Below are positions 1 to 12,965 of a DNA stretch of 64,000 nucleotides, piece by piece. Every line of letters starts with the position of its first letter. Position 1 is the stretch's first letter. The stretch comes from Azolla caroliniana (lineage: Eukaryota; Plantae; Polypodiophyta): assembly GCA_043228905.1 (NCBI GenBank), contig JBHGNT010000014.1:15934001-15998000 (forward strand). Reading direction: 5' to 3'. A program made the position numbers and the translations under genes. The notes under the pieces were generated by a model, which was not told the DNA's origin, made no database searches, and saw only the letters and a list, made by a program, of their open reading frames with translations.

Positions 1-235
1 TCTTTTTGCCCATGGGTGTTGTACAATGCATGTACAACAAATATTGCCTCTGAAAATTTATCTGCAGATCTAAACTTTTTTGTTTTTCCAATGTGGCTAT
101 ATATGGTTGGTTGGTACTTGTTTGTACCTTAGTTCACTTGTGTGAGAGTCTAGGTTTCCGTTTTTTTTTGCTTAAGTTTTGGTCCTCCTTTTGGGCTAAG
201 AAATCACGATTGGCAATAGTGATAGTAGCCATCTT

Positions 236-3200
236 ATGCACATCAAGAAGCTTGAGGGTGCACATAACTTAGCAGTATGGAAAAAGCAGTGTTACAACAT
301 CCTGCTGCAAAAGAAACATGCAAAGCCTATTAAAGTCAAAGGGGTAAAGCCTACAGATATAGACCATGATTGGCAAGAGATGAACAAGGTTGCATGCTCG
401 ACTATTGAGTTGTCAATTTCTGATGCCTTGCTGTTTAATATTGAAGGTTTGGACACTGCCTATTCTATATGGACTAGACTAGAGGAACTATATGCCCAAA
501 AGACAGTAGCTTGCAAAGTTTATTGGCTTAAGAAACTTATGGATTTGCGCATGACAGAGGGCACACCCATGTCAACTCACCTGAGTGAGTTCAATTCCAT
601 TTTCAGCCAACTGGTTGCCTTGAAATTCATCATTGATGATGAGTTTAAGGCCACGTTTTAACTTTGCACCTTGCCAGAAAGTTGGGATACTTTCAAGACT
701 GCTATGAGCAATTCAAATATGATGCTTCTTTATGCCGATGTAGAGAGTTTTGTACTCATGGAAGAGATGAGTCGGCAAAACAATGCATCCAATAAGTCCT
801 CTAGTGCGTTGCATACTAGGGGTAGGTCACAACAGAGAGGCAAATTTGATAGTTATGGGCGTAGTAAATCATGTGGTAAAGATGTAGAATGCCATCATTG
901 TGGCAAAAAGGGTTCAACATGGTTCAACATGGTTCTGCTTTCAGTTTCAGCATGGTTCTGCTTTCACACTTCAGCATGTACGGCATGTACCTCAGCTCAA
1001 GAAGAGCTTGATTAGCACCGGATAGCTAGATGACGATGGATTTCACACCACCTTTGGTGATGGGAAATGGAAGATTTGTAAGGGATCTAGAGTTATTGCC
1101 AAGGGTAGTAAAAGTGATACTTTATATCCTCTCCATGTATCTAGTGTCAGTGACCATGTTGTTACCATAACCGAGCAGCCAAGTGTTTCTTTGTGGCATG
1201 GCCGGTTGGGACACATGAGTGAAACTGGTATGAAAGTACTTTCTCGTTTGGGTTACTTGCCTTGTCTTCGTTATGCTGATTTTGAGCATTGTGATCATTG
1301 TAGTTATGGTAAACATGTACAAACATCTCATAAAAAGTCTCTTTCGCTGAAATCTTCACCTCGCCGCTCGAGTTAGTACATTCAGATTTATGTCAGATGC
1401 TAGGGCTATCATTAGGGGGAAAGAAATACTTAGTCACTTTTGTCGATGATGCTACACGAAAGGCATGGGTTTACCCTATTCGTAGCAAGGATAAAGTGCT
1501 TGACAAGTTTCGAACATTCTTGGCATTAGTTGAGAATCAAATTGATAAGACATTTAAGGGTCTTCGCTCTAACAATGGTGGGGAATATGTGTCCAAGGCC
1601 TTTCAAGCATTTTGTGATAGCAAAGGGATAAAGAGGGAACTCACTGCCCCTTATAATCCACCCCAGAATGGAGTTGCAGAGCGTATGAATCGGACTATTC
1701 AAGATAGGGTTCGTACTATGCTGTCTCATGCTACGTTACCCCATGGTTTTTGGGCAGAGGCTGTTATGACAGCTGCTCACTTGATTAATCGGTCACTTAA
1801 CAGGTCTTTGGGAGGGGGAAAACCTCAAGAAGCTTGGTCAGGCAAGCCACCTTCATATGCTCACTTGAGAGTGTTTGGCTGCAAGGCTTTTGTGCACATT
1901 CGTAAAGAAGAACACAACAAACTTGAGCCAAAGTCCTGCAAATGTATTTTCCTAGGATACAGTGACGAGGGTGAAATGAGGTATAGATTGTGGGATCCCG
2001 AGAAAAGAAAAATAGTACGCAGCAATGATGTTATCTTCCGGGAAAATCGCATGCATAAACAACCCGAAAAGACCGAGGAAGTATGTAGGGTTGTATTCCG
2101 AGAAGAAATACCTTTTAGACAGAAAAATGTGCCAGCTGTACAGCAGCAAACACCTGCTGCAAACTTACCTGCAAATGCAGAAAATGAGGCTGGAAATGAT
2201 CAGCCAACCTTTGCCCATAATGATGAGCCACCAAATGGGCAGGATCGGCTAGAACAGCAAGTTGAAAATGATGATTTGCAGGCTGAAATGCTGGACAGCA
2301 AGTTAAAAATGATGATTTGCAGGCTGAAATGCTGGACAGCAAGTTAAAAATGATGATTTGTAGGCTCAACAGCTACCAAACAATGAACATTGGGTTAGGA
2401 GATCGTCTAGAGTTATTAGACAGCCCAACAGATTTGTTCCTGATGCAAACAGTGTGGCTGATTATGTCATGGTGACTGATTGTGGTGAACCGTCTTGCTT
2501 CAAGGAAGCAATGGACAGACAGGACAACAAGAAATGGTATAAAGCCATGTTGTCAGAGATGGAATCTCTTGAGAAAAATGACACTTGGGATTTGGTGCAG
2601 TTGCCTAAAGGGCAGAAAACACTTCCATGCAAATGGGTTTATAAAATGAAGATCATTTCTGATTCCTCGCCAAAGTACAAAGCAAGATTGGTTGCAAAAG
2701 GATACAAGCAGGAATATGGAGTTGATTTTGATGAGATCTTCTCTCCTGTAGTCAAGATGACTGCATTAAGAACCATTTTGGGCTTAGTTGCAGCTGAAGA
2801 TATGGAGCTCATACAGATGAATGTGAAGACAGCCTTTTTACATGGCGATCTGCATGAAGACATAATATGCAGTAGCCTGAAGGTTTTGTGGCTAAAGGCA
2901 AAGAGAATATGGTTTGTAAGCTCAAAAGGAGTTTGTATGGGTTGAAACAAGCATCAAGCGAATGGTATCATAAATTTGATACATTTATGCAGTCTCAAGG
3001 TTTTCGTAGAAGTCAAGTGGACCATTGCTTGTACACCAAGAAGGCAGGAGATGGCAGCTTGATTATCTTGGTTTTGTATGTTGATGATATGTTGATTGTT
3101 GGCAAGGATATTCATGCCTTGGATTCATCGAAGCATAGCCTTCATGGCAGCTTTGATATGAAGGATCTTGGTGATGTAAATGACATCCTTGGCATGCAAA

Positions 3201-4310
3201 TACTCCGAAACCGGTTGAAAGGGGCACTCCTAGCTCAGCAAGAGTATATCGTTTTGCAGTGTTTCAATATGGAGGGGGGGAAAACAATTGGGTTTCCATT
3301 GCCTACATATTTGAGACTCAGTGCAGAAGACAGCCCTACATTTGATGATGAGAAGGCTGAAATGGATAAGGTTTCCATATGCCTCAGCCGTTGGCAGTTT
3401 GATATATGCGATGGTTGCTACACGCCTGATATTGCTTTTGCAATGGGAGTGTTTAGTAGGTACATGGCAAATCCTAGCAAAAAGCATTGGGAAGCAGTGA
3501 AAGGTATTATGAGATACCTCAAAGGCACAAAGGACTTGTGCATTTGCTTTGGAAAGTAGAAGGCATCTGTTGTTGGTTTTATGGATGCGGACTATGTTGG
3601 TCACGCGGACTGCAGAAAGTCTACTTCTGGGTATGTGGCTTACTTTCACAAGAGGAGCGGTCTCTTGGATCTCCAGGCTACAGAAGTGTGTTGCATTGTC
3701 TACTACAGAGGCAGAGTATGTTGCTGCCACTGAGGCATGCAAGGAGGCTTTATGGCTTTCACATCTAGTGAAAGATCTTGGCATTACAAAGTTACCTATT
3801 CTTCATTGTGACAATCAGAGTGTTATCATGCTAGCTCGGAATCCCATCTTTCATGCAAAGACAAAGCACATACAGGTGAAGTATCACTTCATCAGAGATG
3901 TACTTGACAGCAAGAACATTGAGCTTGTCAAAGTACATACAAATAATAATCCTGCAGATCTTCTCACGAAGGGTCTTCCAGCTGAGCGGTTTGCTCATTG
4001 TTGACAGATGATGGGAGTTGGACAGATGTATGTAGTTCAGCTTTGTACATACTTGGACTTAGGTGACTTTCTTTCTTTCTTTTTTCTCCTCACGGAACAT
4101 TGCCTTTAGGTGGGACATTGTTGGGAATAAAGGGCCATTGTGCCCTTTATTAGTGCACAGGTGTGAACGCACTCGTAGCACATTTTGACTTGTATATATA
4201 TATATCTAAAAACCAAAAAAAAGTGGTACACTCTTTGTACCCAAGACAACGTGCATCTCTCTCTCTCCTCCTTTGTCTCTCACTTAGACTCTCTCCCTCT
4301 CTGGTTGACC
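236..4310 (+). mobile_element. Degenerate Ty1/copia LTR retrotransposon (gag, integrase, RT, RNase H; truncated 3' LTR from ~4119)
   Basis: ORF pieces in copia order: gag/zinc knuckle (CHHCGKKG), GAG-pre-integrase (WHGRLGHMS), integrase (PPQNGVAERMNRT), RT (YKARLVAKG, LYVDDML), RNase H (STTEAEY, HCDNQS, NPADLLTK). Multiple stops and frameshifts; most of the protease region is missing. Purine tract aggtgggaca is followed by TGTTGGG at 4119. Confidence 0.93.
2255..2366 (+). repeat. 41-bp tandem repeat (~2.7 copies) in the integrase-RT linker
   Basis: cagcaagtt(g/a)aaaatgatgatttgcaggctgaaatgctgga starts at 2255, 2296 and 2337; the unit is not a multiple of 3 and frameshifts pol. Confidence 0.9.
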
Positions 4311-6185
4311 TAAACCCTAATCCTCATGCTACCCTTCACATAAAGATGGATGTGCACCAACTCCAAGATAGATGTTGCATAGTGAGTGGCTTCATGAGGG
4401 AAAGGCTTTGGATGTTGCTTGCCATGAAAACAAGCAACACATGGGGTATTGGGAGTTTTGAAAATAGGTAGACCCTCAACTAGTTGTGAAGAGGAGAGGT
4501 TTTGTAGAGAATAGTAGTTGAGGTGACCGAACCTAGCATGCCACAATGTGGGATCTTCTTATGCCACCAAGGCATGAGAGCTTTGAAGAAGATGAAGAAG
4601 ATGAGATTTGGATTTTCCCAAGGGGCTATGGGAACTTTTCAGGTGATTAAACTCCCATCTTGGTGTCACTAGCTACAATTTGTAGGTTGTTGGTGTCAAT
4701 GACTTCCAAAACTGAGCTATCAAAGTAGACTCCATAACCTTGCTTAGTGATTCGGTAGACCGAAATTAGGTTAGTAGAGATGCGAGGCACATGTAGCACA
4801 TCTTGAAGAACGGTAGGTTTTGTCATTTGAAGAAGTGTTAAGAAACACATTACCAACACACGAAGCCTCGATGCTTAAGGCATCTCCTATGGAGATTTGG
4901 GAGGAGCTAGGCTTCACATCATGCAAAATGGATTTGTAATAAGTCATGTGTGTAGTGGCACCACTGTCTACTAACCACTCATCAAGGGTTGAGGTAGTTG
5001 TTCCAGCCAATGTGAAGAATATTCCTCAATGCCAAGGGAAACTGTTTCTTTGGCTGAGTGGACCAAGTTTGATTTTGGTGTAGGTTGACTTTCGGTAGAA
5101 GAAGATTTCTTGGCATTGTCCCTTTTCTTTTTCCGACAGTTGGATTGAATGTGACCTTTGTAGCCACAATAATGACAGGTGAGCTCCTTGTAGGTTGGGT
5201 TGTTTGGCGGTCTTGGATTGGGTTTGTTGTAGGAGTTGCCATTTTCCTTCCACTTGCCTTTACTTTTCGCATGTAGAAGCGTGTCATTGGAAGTTTGTGC
5301 ACTTTTCTTCCTTGTTGCTCTATCTTGTAGCATGCCAAGAAATGTATTCATATCAAGTGTGTTGGGAAGAAGAGAAATTGTGTCACAAAAGGCTGAGAAT
5401 GACTCAAGCAACTTTATCATTAGACGATGCATAAACTCAACTTCAGTTGACTTGCTTCCCAAAGAAACTAGTTCCTTTTGGAGAGTGACAAATTGCGTTA
5501 TTTGATCCATGATGTTGGGAGTGTCATGAACCTTGAGATTTGCTAGTTGGCTCTCAATAGCTATCATTTGAGCATGATTAGCTCGATGATACCTCTTTTT
5601 GATGGCTGCCCATAGTTCATTGGCTGTCTCTTCATTTGTATCTTGAAATTGACGAGCGATGCTCGGTTTAATATTAAACATGAGGAAAGCATGGCCATGA
5701 GAATCCTTATCTAGCCAAGCTTCAATCTCAACATTAGATGAGCCAGCAACTGATTTGGTTGAAGAGGATGAAGTTACCGGTGGTTTCTTGTCACTACCAT
5801 TGACTACATTCCATAGACGATGGTATTGTAACAAGGTCTTTATTTACAATTCCCAATCCAAGTAATTGTTCCCATCCAAAATGGACTCTTTGGGGAGTTG
5901 AGGAATGGTTGATGAAACAATGGTGGCATGTGAGGCCATGGATATCCTCCTCTTGAGCTACAACTGGACAATTTGCAGCAGCTGTAAGTAGATGCTCAGG
6001 GTCTTTCTATTCCTCCCTAGATGCTAAGCGAGGCTCAAAAAGAAAAAAGAAGAGCCTCCTTTGTAGGTTGGGAGGGTGGCTGCTAAGAGAACCTCCTCTA
6101 TAGGGTTGGGAGGGAGGGATAAAAGAGGATAGGTCTGTGTGCTCTGTGGCGAAAAAAATCAGGTTGAGGATATGGAGACCTCATT

Positions 6186-6197
6186 GCTTTGATACCA
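6186..6197 (-). promoter_or_regulatory. Primer-binding site (tRNA-iMet type)
   Basis: Minus strand reads TGGTATCAAAGC immediately after the LTR-terminal CA. Confidence 0.85.
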
Positions 6198-6657
6198 TGT
6201 GAGAAAAGTTATTAATAGCAGCAGCGGAACAGTTGCAGGAACAAAATAGACACAGCCAAGATGTGAGAAGGCTGTTAGACAGCAGTAGAAAAAATGGTTA
6301 CAAAGAGTATAGACACAGCCAAAGACTAGAGCTTGTTTGTAAGTAGCAACAAAAATAGAAGTCTTTACAAAAGAGGCTGGTATAGCCTATTAAACTGGGA
6401 AAATGGGTGAAATGGTTGTTTGGCAATTAAGTGACTCTTGTACTACCAAACAGGTACAATAAACTAGGAATAAGAGGGAATATCTTGGAAAAAGTGGAAG
6501 AGAGAGAGAAGGCATTTAAAGCGTTGCAAATTCTAGAGAGAGAAGGCATATAAAGAGTTGCAGATTCTAGAGAGAGAAGAATCTACGAAGAGAGAGAATG
6601 TAAAAGAGCTAATAAAGATGAAAGAGAGTGCAGGTCTGGAGCTGCCACCCTCCAACA
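6198..6657 (-). repeat. 5' LTR of the minus-strand copia (~460 bp)
   Basis: On the minus strand it starts TGTTGGAGG at 6657 and ends CACA at 6198, adjacent to the PBS. Confidence 0.7.
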
Positions 6658-9233
6658 TGATATGGATCCAATCTCAACACACAAAGACCCATCTATCACA
6701 TTATTAGGACAATTGTTGCCATAGATAGTTTAAATCATACTTGTTATTCTATAACAAAGGGAAGGAGTTTTTTTTTTGAAAAAAAATAAATCATACTTGT
6801 TATAAAATTGTGAACTCTCCCAGCTATTTCTAAAGTTGACATTACTTTTATTATAACACCCTTACATTGAAACTTCCCTCTTTCATTAAGTTTTACTTTG
6901 ATTGATAATGTCTCATTATTAATGAATAATACAATCTGTGTTCATTAATTATCTAAATTACTACAAGGTATCAAGGTTTGGATGATGTATGAATTCAACC
7001 CTACAAATTACCTAATGAAAATTTCTCTTACTCAAGAAGTTCGAAAATGGGCAATCTATCTTGAGGTAAGAGTAACAAATTGAATTCGTTAATCTCTTCA
7101 TCATACTATAACTATAGTTGTTTAAAATTAAGTGTTTTAATTAATGAAGGCAATGATGAGTTTTAACAAAATTTACAATTTATAAACAATTTAAATCCCT
7201 GGTTCGAAGGATGAATGTTCCTTGGTTGACAGCCTGGTACTAAGTTTTAGCATTAAAATTTGAGACGAATGGAACGCAGGAACATAGCCAAAGAGAAGAT
7301 TATGTTGGAATCAAATAAGTTTAAGGAATATTGCACGTGCATTATGCAGCTTTCAGTTTGACACACGTTAACAAAATGTAACAGATCTCCCAAGATACAT
7401 AGAAACAGAATGAATCAAACATGAACTAAAATTCTTATGAGTCAATTCACATAGCACAATGGTGATCCTTCAAAAGAGATCATAGTTATCAATACATACG
7501 TGATGCCCCATTTGTAAAAGATCATTGGAGGATACTACAAGAGATGGAATGACTGAAAGCATGAAACGAAGGTTGCCAGTTACCAAAAAAGCCCATAACT
7601 AACAGCTCGTATAAAAGGAAGATTGTCAGTTAGCAAAAAGGCCATAACTATCGGCTCGTAAAAAATTAATAACAGGATAATAAAGAAATGTTCTAACGGA
7701 AGGCATTGGACACTTCTATGTTCTACGCCACCAGTTCATACACTTAATTTTGCTCCATATGTGCCTAGGTCAAGTAGAATTCACCTAGGTCATTTGGTTA
7801 TTTCAGAGGGGCTTTTGTGTTCAAACCATTAATAAAGCACGAAGACATACAGCCTATGGCAACAAGGATTTACAACCAGATGTGTCAAGCAGTGATTTTG
7901 GAGAATCTCAGGTGGAAGATTCTACCAAAAACACAAATTCCAATAAAAAATTGGTGCGCAATCAAAGAAGCTCATAATGGCAGATCTACAGTGCGATTCA
8001 TCACATTCAATAGACAAAATGATAAGCCTCAGCCACTCCCTTTATCCAAGATTAATGCAGCCTTTTCCCAATAGCAACTTCATAGAGGTATCCAAGATAT
8101 GTAAAGCACCATCCTTTCTCACCATCAGCGCACTTCAATTGTTCGTTGCCACTCCAACTTCAAGGTATAGATCCTATGAATTTTCTTTTCTCTGAGCTAA
8201 TTTTTGAATCTACTTTTTCTTTTAATCTGATTTAGCCATATCTTTTAACATTGTCATGACTGGATGGAATGGAGTACCAAGAATTACAGTAATATGGATA
8301 ATTACAACCAGAATTTTTTGGACACTTCCATTACTTATCTTATTGCCAGCTCATTGGCCAAGCAAGTGAGAATAATCCAATATTGTTGCAGTTTATCAAA
8401 AGAAAAAGGGATTTCTTCAGTAAAACTAAGGTGACATGTATAAACAGATTATTAAACATACATCTATTATGCCTGTGCTTTGCAGGCAGAACAGATGAAA
8501 ATTTTGAAAGAAACATAGGTTTTTGAAAATGAGTTTCTACCTTTGACAAAAGAATACTGGAAGAAAGAAAGAGTCATATCCCACAACAAACATTCTAGGT
8601 GTGAGGAGGAAGGGAAGATACTTGCAATGCCAACAACGATTTCCCACTTAAAATGCTTATTGCAAGGAACAACAAAAAACTTTGGATTGGGTTAGAGGAT
8701 GTGGGCTTGAAATTTTGCACATGAAACTTTTAATTGGTATCTCTGTCAACTTTCCGGCTTGAGTATTCTGCATGTTTCATGTCAAACCCTTTGGGTGGTT
8801 CGTGATTTTTCATGTATTAATCCACTTCATGCTTGTGTCATTCTCTAAAATCATGAACTCTTGGAGGAAAGAAGTTAATAATATGGTAGTGGCAAAGCTA
8901 AAGACATATATGCCTTGAATGAAAGGGGAAATGCAAACACACTTTCAAACTGCAGTGAACATATGGAAGTTATAAACACTGGACTGCAAAATAGACACAC
9001 ATGGCCAAGAATTTATTACATAAAATATTATCTTGAAAAACATAATGGATACTCTAAATTTTTGTAGACACATGAAGAAAACCAGGAACAGAAGATCTGA
9101 AGAATATGAGCATTTAAGCTCTTTGCCACAAACTTCCCCTATATACAAGAGGTTTCATTTGATATGAATATATACCACCCTTTAGAAGATTATGAAGGAC
9201 TCAGGATAAAGATGATGTTGATATTTAACTAAC

Positions 9234-9368
9234 CTGTGTATCCGCATTTTCATCAATTGATGCATCTACCAAAAGAGAGAGAAGAGCATGAAGGTGTCTT
9301 TGTACATACGACAGCATGTGTGCTTCCTCATCACCTTGAGCAGGTACATTCTTCTTACCCGTCCTTAC
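9234..9368 (-). CDS. TBCCD1: TBCC domain-containing protein 1-like, coding exon 2
   Basis: 135-bp phase-0 exon bounded by AG/GT; translates VRTGKKNVPAQGDEEAHMLSYVQRHLHALLSLLVDASIDENADTQ, matching the recalled plant TBCCD1 block SQADEEAHQLSYLQKH. Confidence 0.85.
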
Positions 9369-9590
9369 CTGTATTAAAACAGGATGCATTGATGATGAAT
9401 ACAATAAATAGTGGTGGGAAATTTGTGAGTTATCAGGTCACATAAATAATTATTGAAGCACAACACCTCTTTCCTTCTTTATCATTACCAAATCTATCAA
9501 AAATTTAAAACTTTAAATATTGAATAATAGTTTCATCATCAATTCAATAATTGAGGTTGTGATTCCCCAAAGGAGATCCAAATGACTCAC

Positions 9591-10220
9591 TTGGAGGGGT
9601 GATAATGTAGAGATCAGTCTATCAAAAGCTGAAGTAGATGGCCACACTTCAGCCACTGATGCTGCTGCAGCTTTATGAGGCCGAATTGGGGGCTTCTTAT
9701 AGCCCTGAATGTACAGGAACAGAATCAGATCATCCAAGCAGATTACTGGAGCAGGTTTTCCTACGGAAGAAGAAGTCGGGGTGCCTTTCTCAGAAAAAGG
9801 AGGAGTGTCAGGAAGCACGGAAGTTAGGGTTTCCAGAACGAGGAGAGCTTCCTCATCCGATAAGTCCAAGATGTGTGCTAATCCATCAGCATCTATGTGA
9901 TGTGGAGAAAGAGGAAGGTGATGTCCTAATTCTTCTTCCTCTTCTTCTTCTTCTTCTTCTGCTGCTGCTGCTTCAGAGATATCCGAGGAGATGAACTTTG
10001 AGCGAATCTCTCTCAGTGCAGTGGTGGGATCGGGAAAGATAAGCATAGGGAGGGGAAGCAAACCATACTCGAACGGCTCTCGTCTCACACGAAGGAGGCT
10101 GCTGCTGCTGTTTCTGGTGCGGTTCAAAGGAGCAGGAGGAGGCGATGGCTGCTGCTGCTGCTGCTGCTGGAGATGGAGATGGAGATTAGTGCTACTGCTG
10201 CAGATGGTTTCTGCACTCAT
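9591..10220 (-). CDS. TBCCD1: TBCC domain-containing protein 1-like, coding exon 1
   Basis: ATG at 10220; motifs RREPFEYGLLPLPMLIF, DLILFLYIQGYKK and VWPSTSAFD typical of plant C-CAP/cofactor C-like proteins; GTGAGT donor at 9590 after SPLQ (630 bp, phase 0). Downstream exons are not recognisable in the window. Confidence 0.88.
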
Positions 10221-10440
10221 CTTCTTCTAGGGTCCTTCTGTCGTCATCCACTGAGTACTCCAGGCATGAATCAGAATCAGAATCAGAATCAGGCGGGGGA
10301 GAGGGAGGAGGAGGAGCAAGAAGAAGAAGCTCCAGTGGCATTCAAAAGGGTCATCTACAGTAGAAATGGTGGAGGCGGGAGGAGTGCAGACAGTGGCACG
10401 GCCTGATCTAAGGCGCGCGCTCAATCGATCAATCCAGAGG

Positions 10441-10672
10441 CAGAAGCAGAGACAGAGACAGAGACAGAGAGACAGACTCTGACGCGTTGCAGAGGAGGTC
10501 TTCTTCTTCTTCTTCTTCTTCTTCTTCTTCTTCAGTACATATTTGTATGTACACATACATACATACATACATACATACATACATACATACATACATACAT
10601 ACATACAACAAAAAACAAAATAGAGAGAACCCAGAGGAGACTTCTTCTTCTTCTTCTTCTTCAGTACATACA
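10441..10672. repeat. Compound microsatellite cluster upstream of the TBCCD1-like gene: (GACAGA)n, (TTC)n, (CATA)n, (TTC)n
   Basis: Directly visible simple repeats. Confidence 0.9.
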
Positions 10673-11299
10673 TATCTCATATATGTACATTATGTACATA
10701 AGTAACAGAGTTTATTTCCTTGACAAGCTTTTTTAGGTTTAGGGTCTTTGATTCTGAATTCTTAGGTATGTACATATGTATGTACGTAAGTGATAGAGAA
10801 TTTTCTTTGATTCTGATTCTCAATTCTTAGGTATGTACATAAGTGATAGAGAATTTCCTGAGAAGCTTTTTTGAGGTTTAGGGCCTTTGATTCTTATTCT
10901 GATTCTGATTCTTAGTATGTACATATGTATGTGTGATGGTCTCTCCGAACACACATACGTATATATGTATGTTATATATGGTCATGTCATTGGTCCTGAC
11001 AAGTGCCCGCCTAAAAACCACCCATCGGCCTCGTGACGATAGGACCGATCACATTTGCCATCATTTGTTCCCTTCCCTCCCTGCTAGCTCCTCGCCTGCT
11101 AGCTCTTCCTAGCTCTCGATCTGGACATGACTTTTGGGTTCCTGGGTTAATGCCCATGAGTCATATTCTATTGAGAAACGGAATCTCAATTACTTGAAGT
11201 TTTTGGGGGGCCACGATCCCATAACTTTGTAAAACTTCAATTGACCCACTGTGAGTAGCACGTGTTCTTCTTCAAAAGCATTCATTCATTTGAGACTAG

Positions 11300-12690
11300 T
11301 GTTGAATGTTGAAGTTGATGTTGCACAATATTGAGGACCTATCAGTGAGTCTAGAAAACAATACAAGTTGCAAGCAAGATAGAGTTGTGCACTTACACAA
11401 GATTCAAGAAGATAAAACGATCAATGGCACACACACACACACACACACACACAGATGTTTAAGCTCAAAGAGAGTATGTTATATTAGTCGTCGTTGTTTC
11501 TTTACAAGGTCAGTTACCCACTTATATAGTTAGGTTAACAGTGTGTTCACGCTAGAGATACAAGGTGGGCGAAGTGGGACATTTATCCCAACAAACTCTC
11601 CTGTAAAAGGACTACTTTGTCTACATACAGTGATATGGGGTTATCTCCCCTATAAGCTTAAATTACAACTTAAATTTAAACTGTAGTGTATGTTACAAGC
11701 TAATCAGTTGGTGGCCGACTCAACAGAGGTAAAGTCGGCTCTAGCTGATCGGTTGCTTGCCGAGTCGGCTGATGTTCGAATTGGATAGTAGTCGATTCGA
11801 CTTTTGGTCTCTAGGCAGTCAGCTCCCCATGTATGCTGGTTCTCGTGCTCTCCAATGGATTGTCGATTGGTTTTCAGTTCCATTCGTCCCTCAATCATCT
11901 CTTATCCTTTTGGTTTCCTCACACTCAGTTGTGTCTACAGCCTTCAAGTTGTTTGGCTCCTTCGACTTCACCTTTTTTACTTGTCCAGTTGTGTCATTCT
12001 TTGACTTACCTTCTGCTCCTCATTCGGCTCTTCTTTGCTCACTCGCTTGTTGCAGTCCCATATGTCCTCTTAGTGTGTCGAAGCATTTATCTAGGAGTGG
12101 CTTTGTTAGACCGTCGGTGATGTTCAACTCAGTATCCACCTTTCGAACTTCGAACTTCTTGTTAGTGACAAGCTTCCAAATATGATGCTACCTCACCTCG
12201 ATGTGCTTCGTCTTAGCATGATATACCGGATTCCGGATGAGGTGTATTGCGCTTCAATAGTCACAATAGAGGATTTGCGCTTGATGGTCAATTCGGGTTT
12301 TTGCCGAAAAATCGATCGACAACCGGTGCAACCAGATTGCTTCCTTTGATGCCTCTGACACGGCTATGTACTTAGCCTCTGTGGTCGACATGCTCGTGCA
12401 CTCTTGCAATTTTGACCTCCATGATATGGCGCCACTGCCATAAGTGAATATATGGCCTAATGTCAACTTCTTATTGTCAGGATTGCTGGAGTTGGTGAAG
12501 CCTTCGACTTCGGTCGGATTGTCCAATCCAAATGTCAATTGCAGATCTTCGGTTCCTCATAGGTACCTGAAGATGTTCTTCACAACTTCCCAATGCTTCC
12601 GTCGGGATTGGACATGTGAAGATTGACAAACCCTATGGCATATGCAAGGTTGGGTCGGGTCGCCACCATTGTGTATGTTAGACTTCCTAT
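11300..12690 (-). mobile_element. Ty1/copia 3' fragment (RT end, RNase H, 3' UTR, 3' LTR ~11300-11593)
   Basis: Minus ORF GAISWRSKLQECTSMSTTEAKY...EAIWL; purine tract ggagag followed by TGTTGGGAT at 11593 on the minus strand. Confidence 0.8.
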
Positions 12691-12921
12691 TGTCTTAATA
12701 TAATTATTATAACATGTACGATGTATAGTTATAATAATTATATTATTGTTTGTTAGAAGATATTTAGCGTATTCTAGAACATTCTAGAATACTCCATAAG
12801 AACCTCTAAATAGGTGTTTACTCATTCATCAAAACTCATTTGGTTCAACACCAGTCTTTAGCCCCTTAGCCTACCTTTTGTAATTCTTCTTCTCTTATAA
12901 TATAAACTCATTTCCATTTCT

Positions 12922-12965
<44 letters not shown>

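Larger units (their letters stand above)
4310..6657 (-). mobile_element. Truncated Ty1/copia element (5' LTR, PBS, gag, protease, GAG-pre-integrase)
   Basis: Minus-strand gag with CHYCGYKGHIQSNC, protease WLVDSGATTHMT, WHARFGHLN...CVAC, then LELVH, after which it breaks off at ~4310-4330. Confidence 0.9.

Noticed and set aside
7800-8900. Possible LINE remnant or further TBCCD1 exons
   Set aside because: No translatable match to the expected exon 3 and no clear RT motif.
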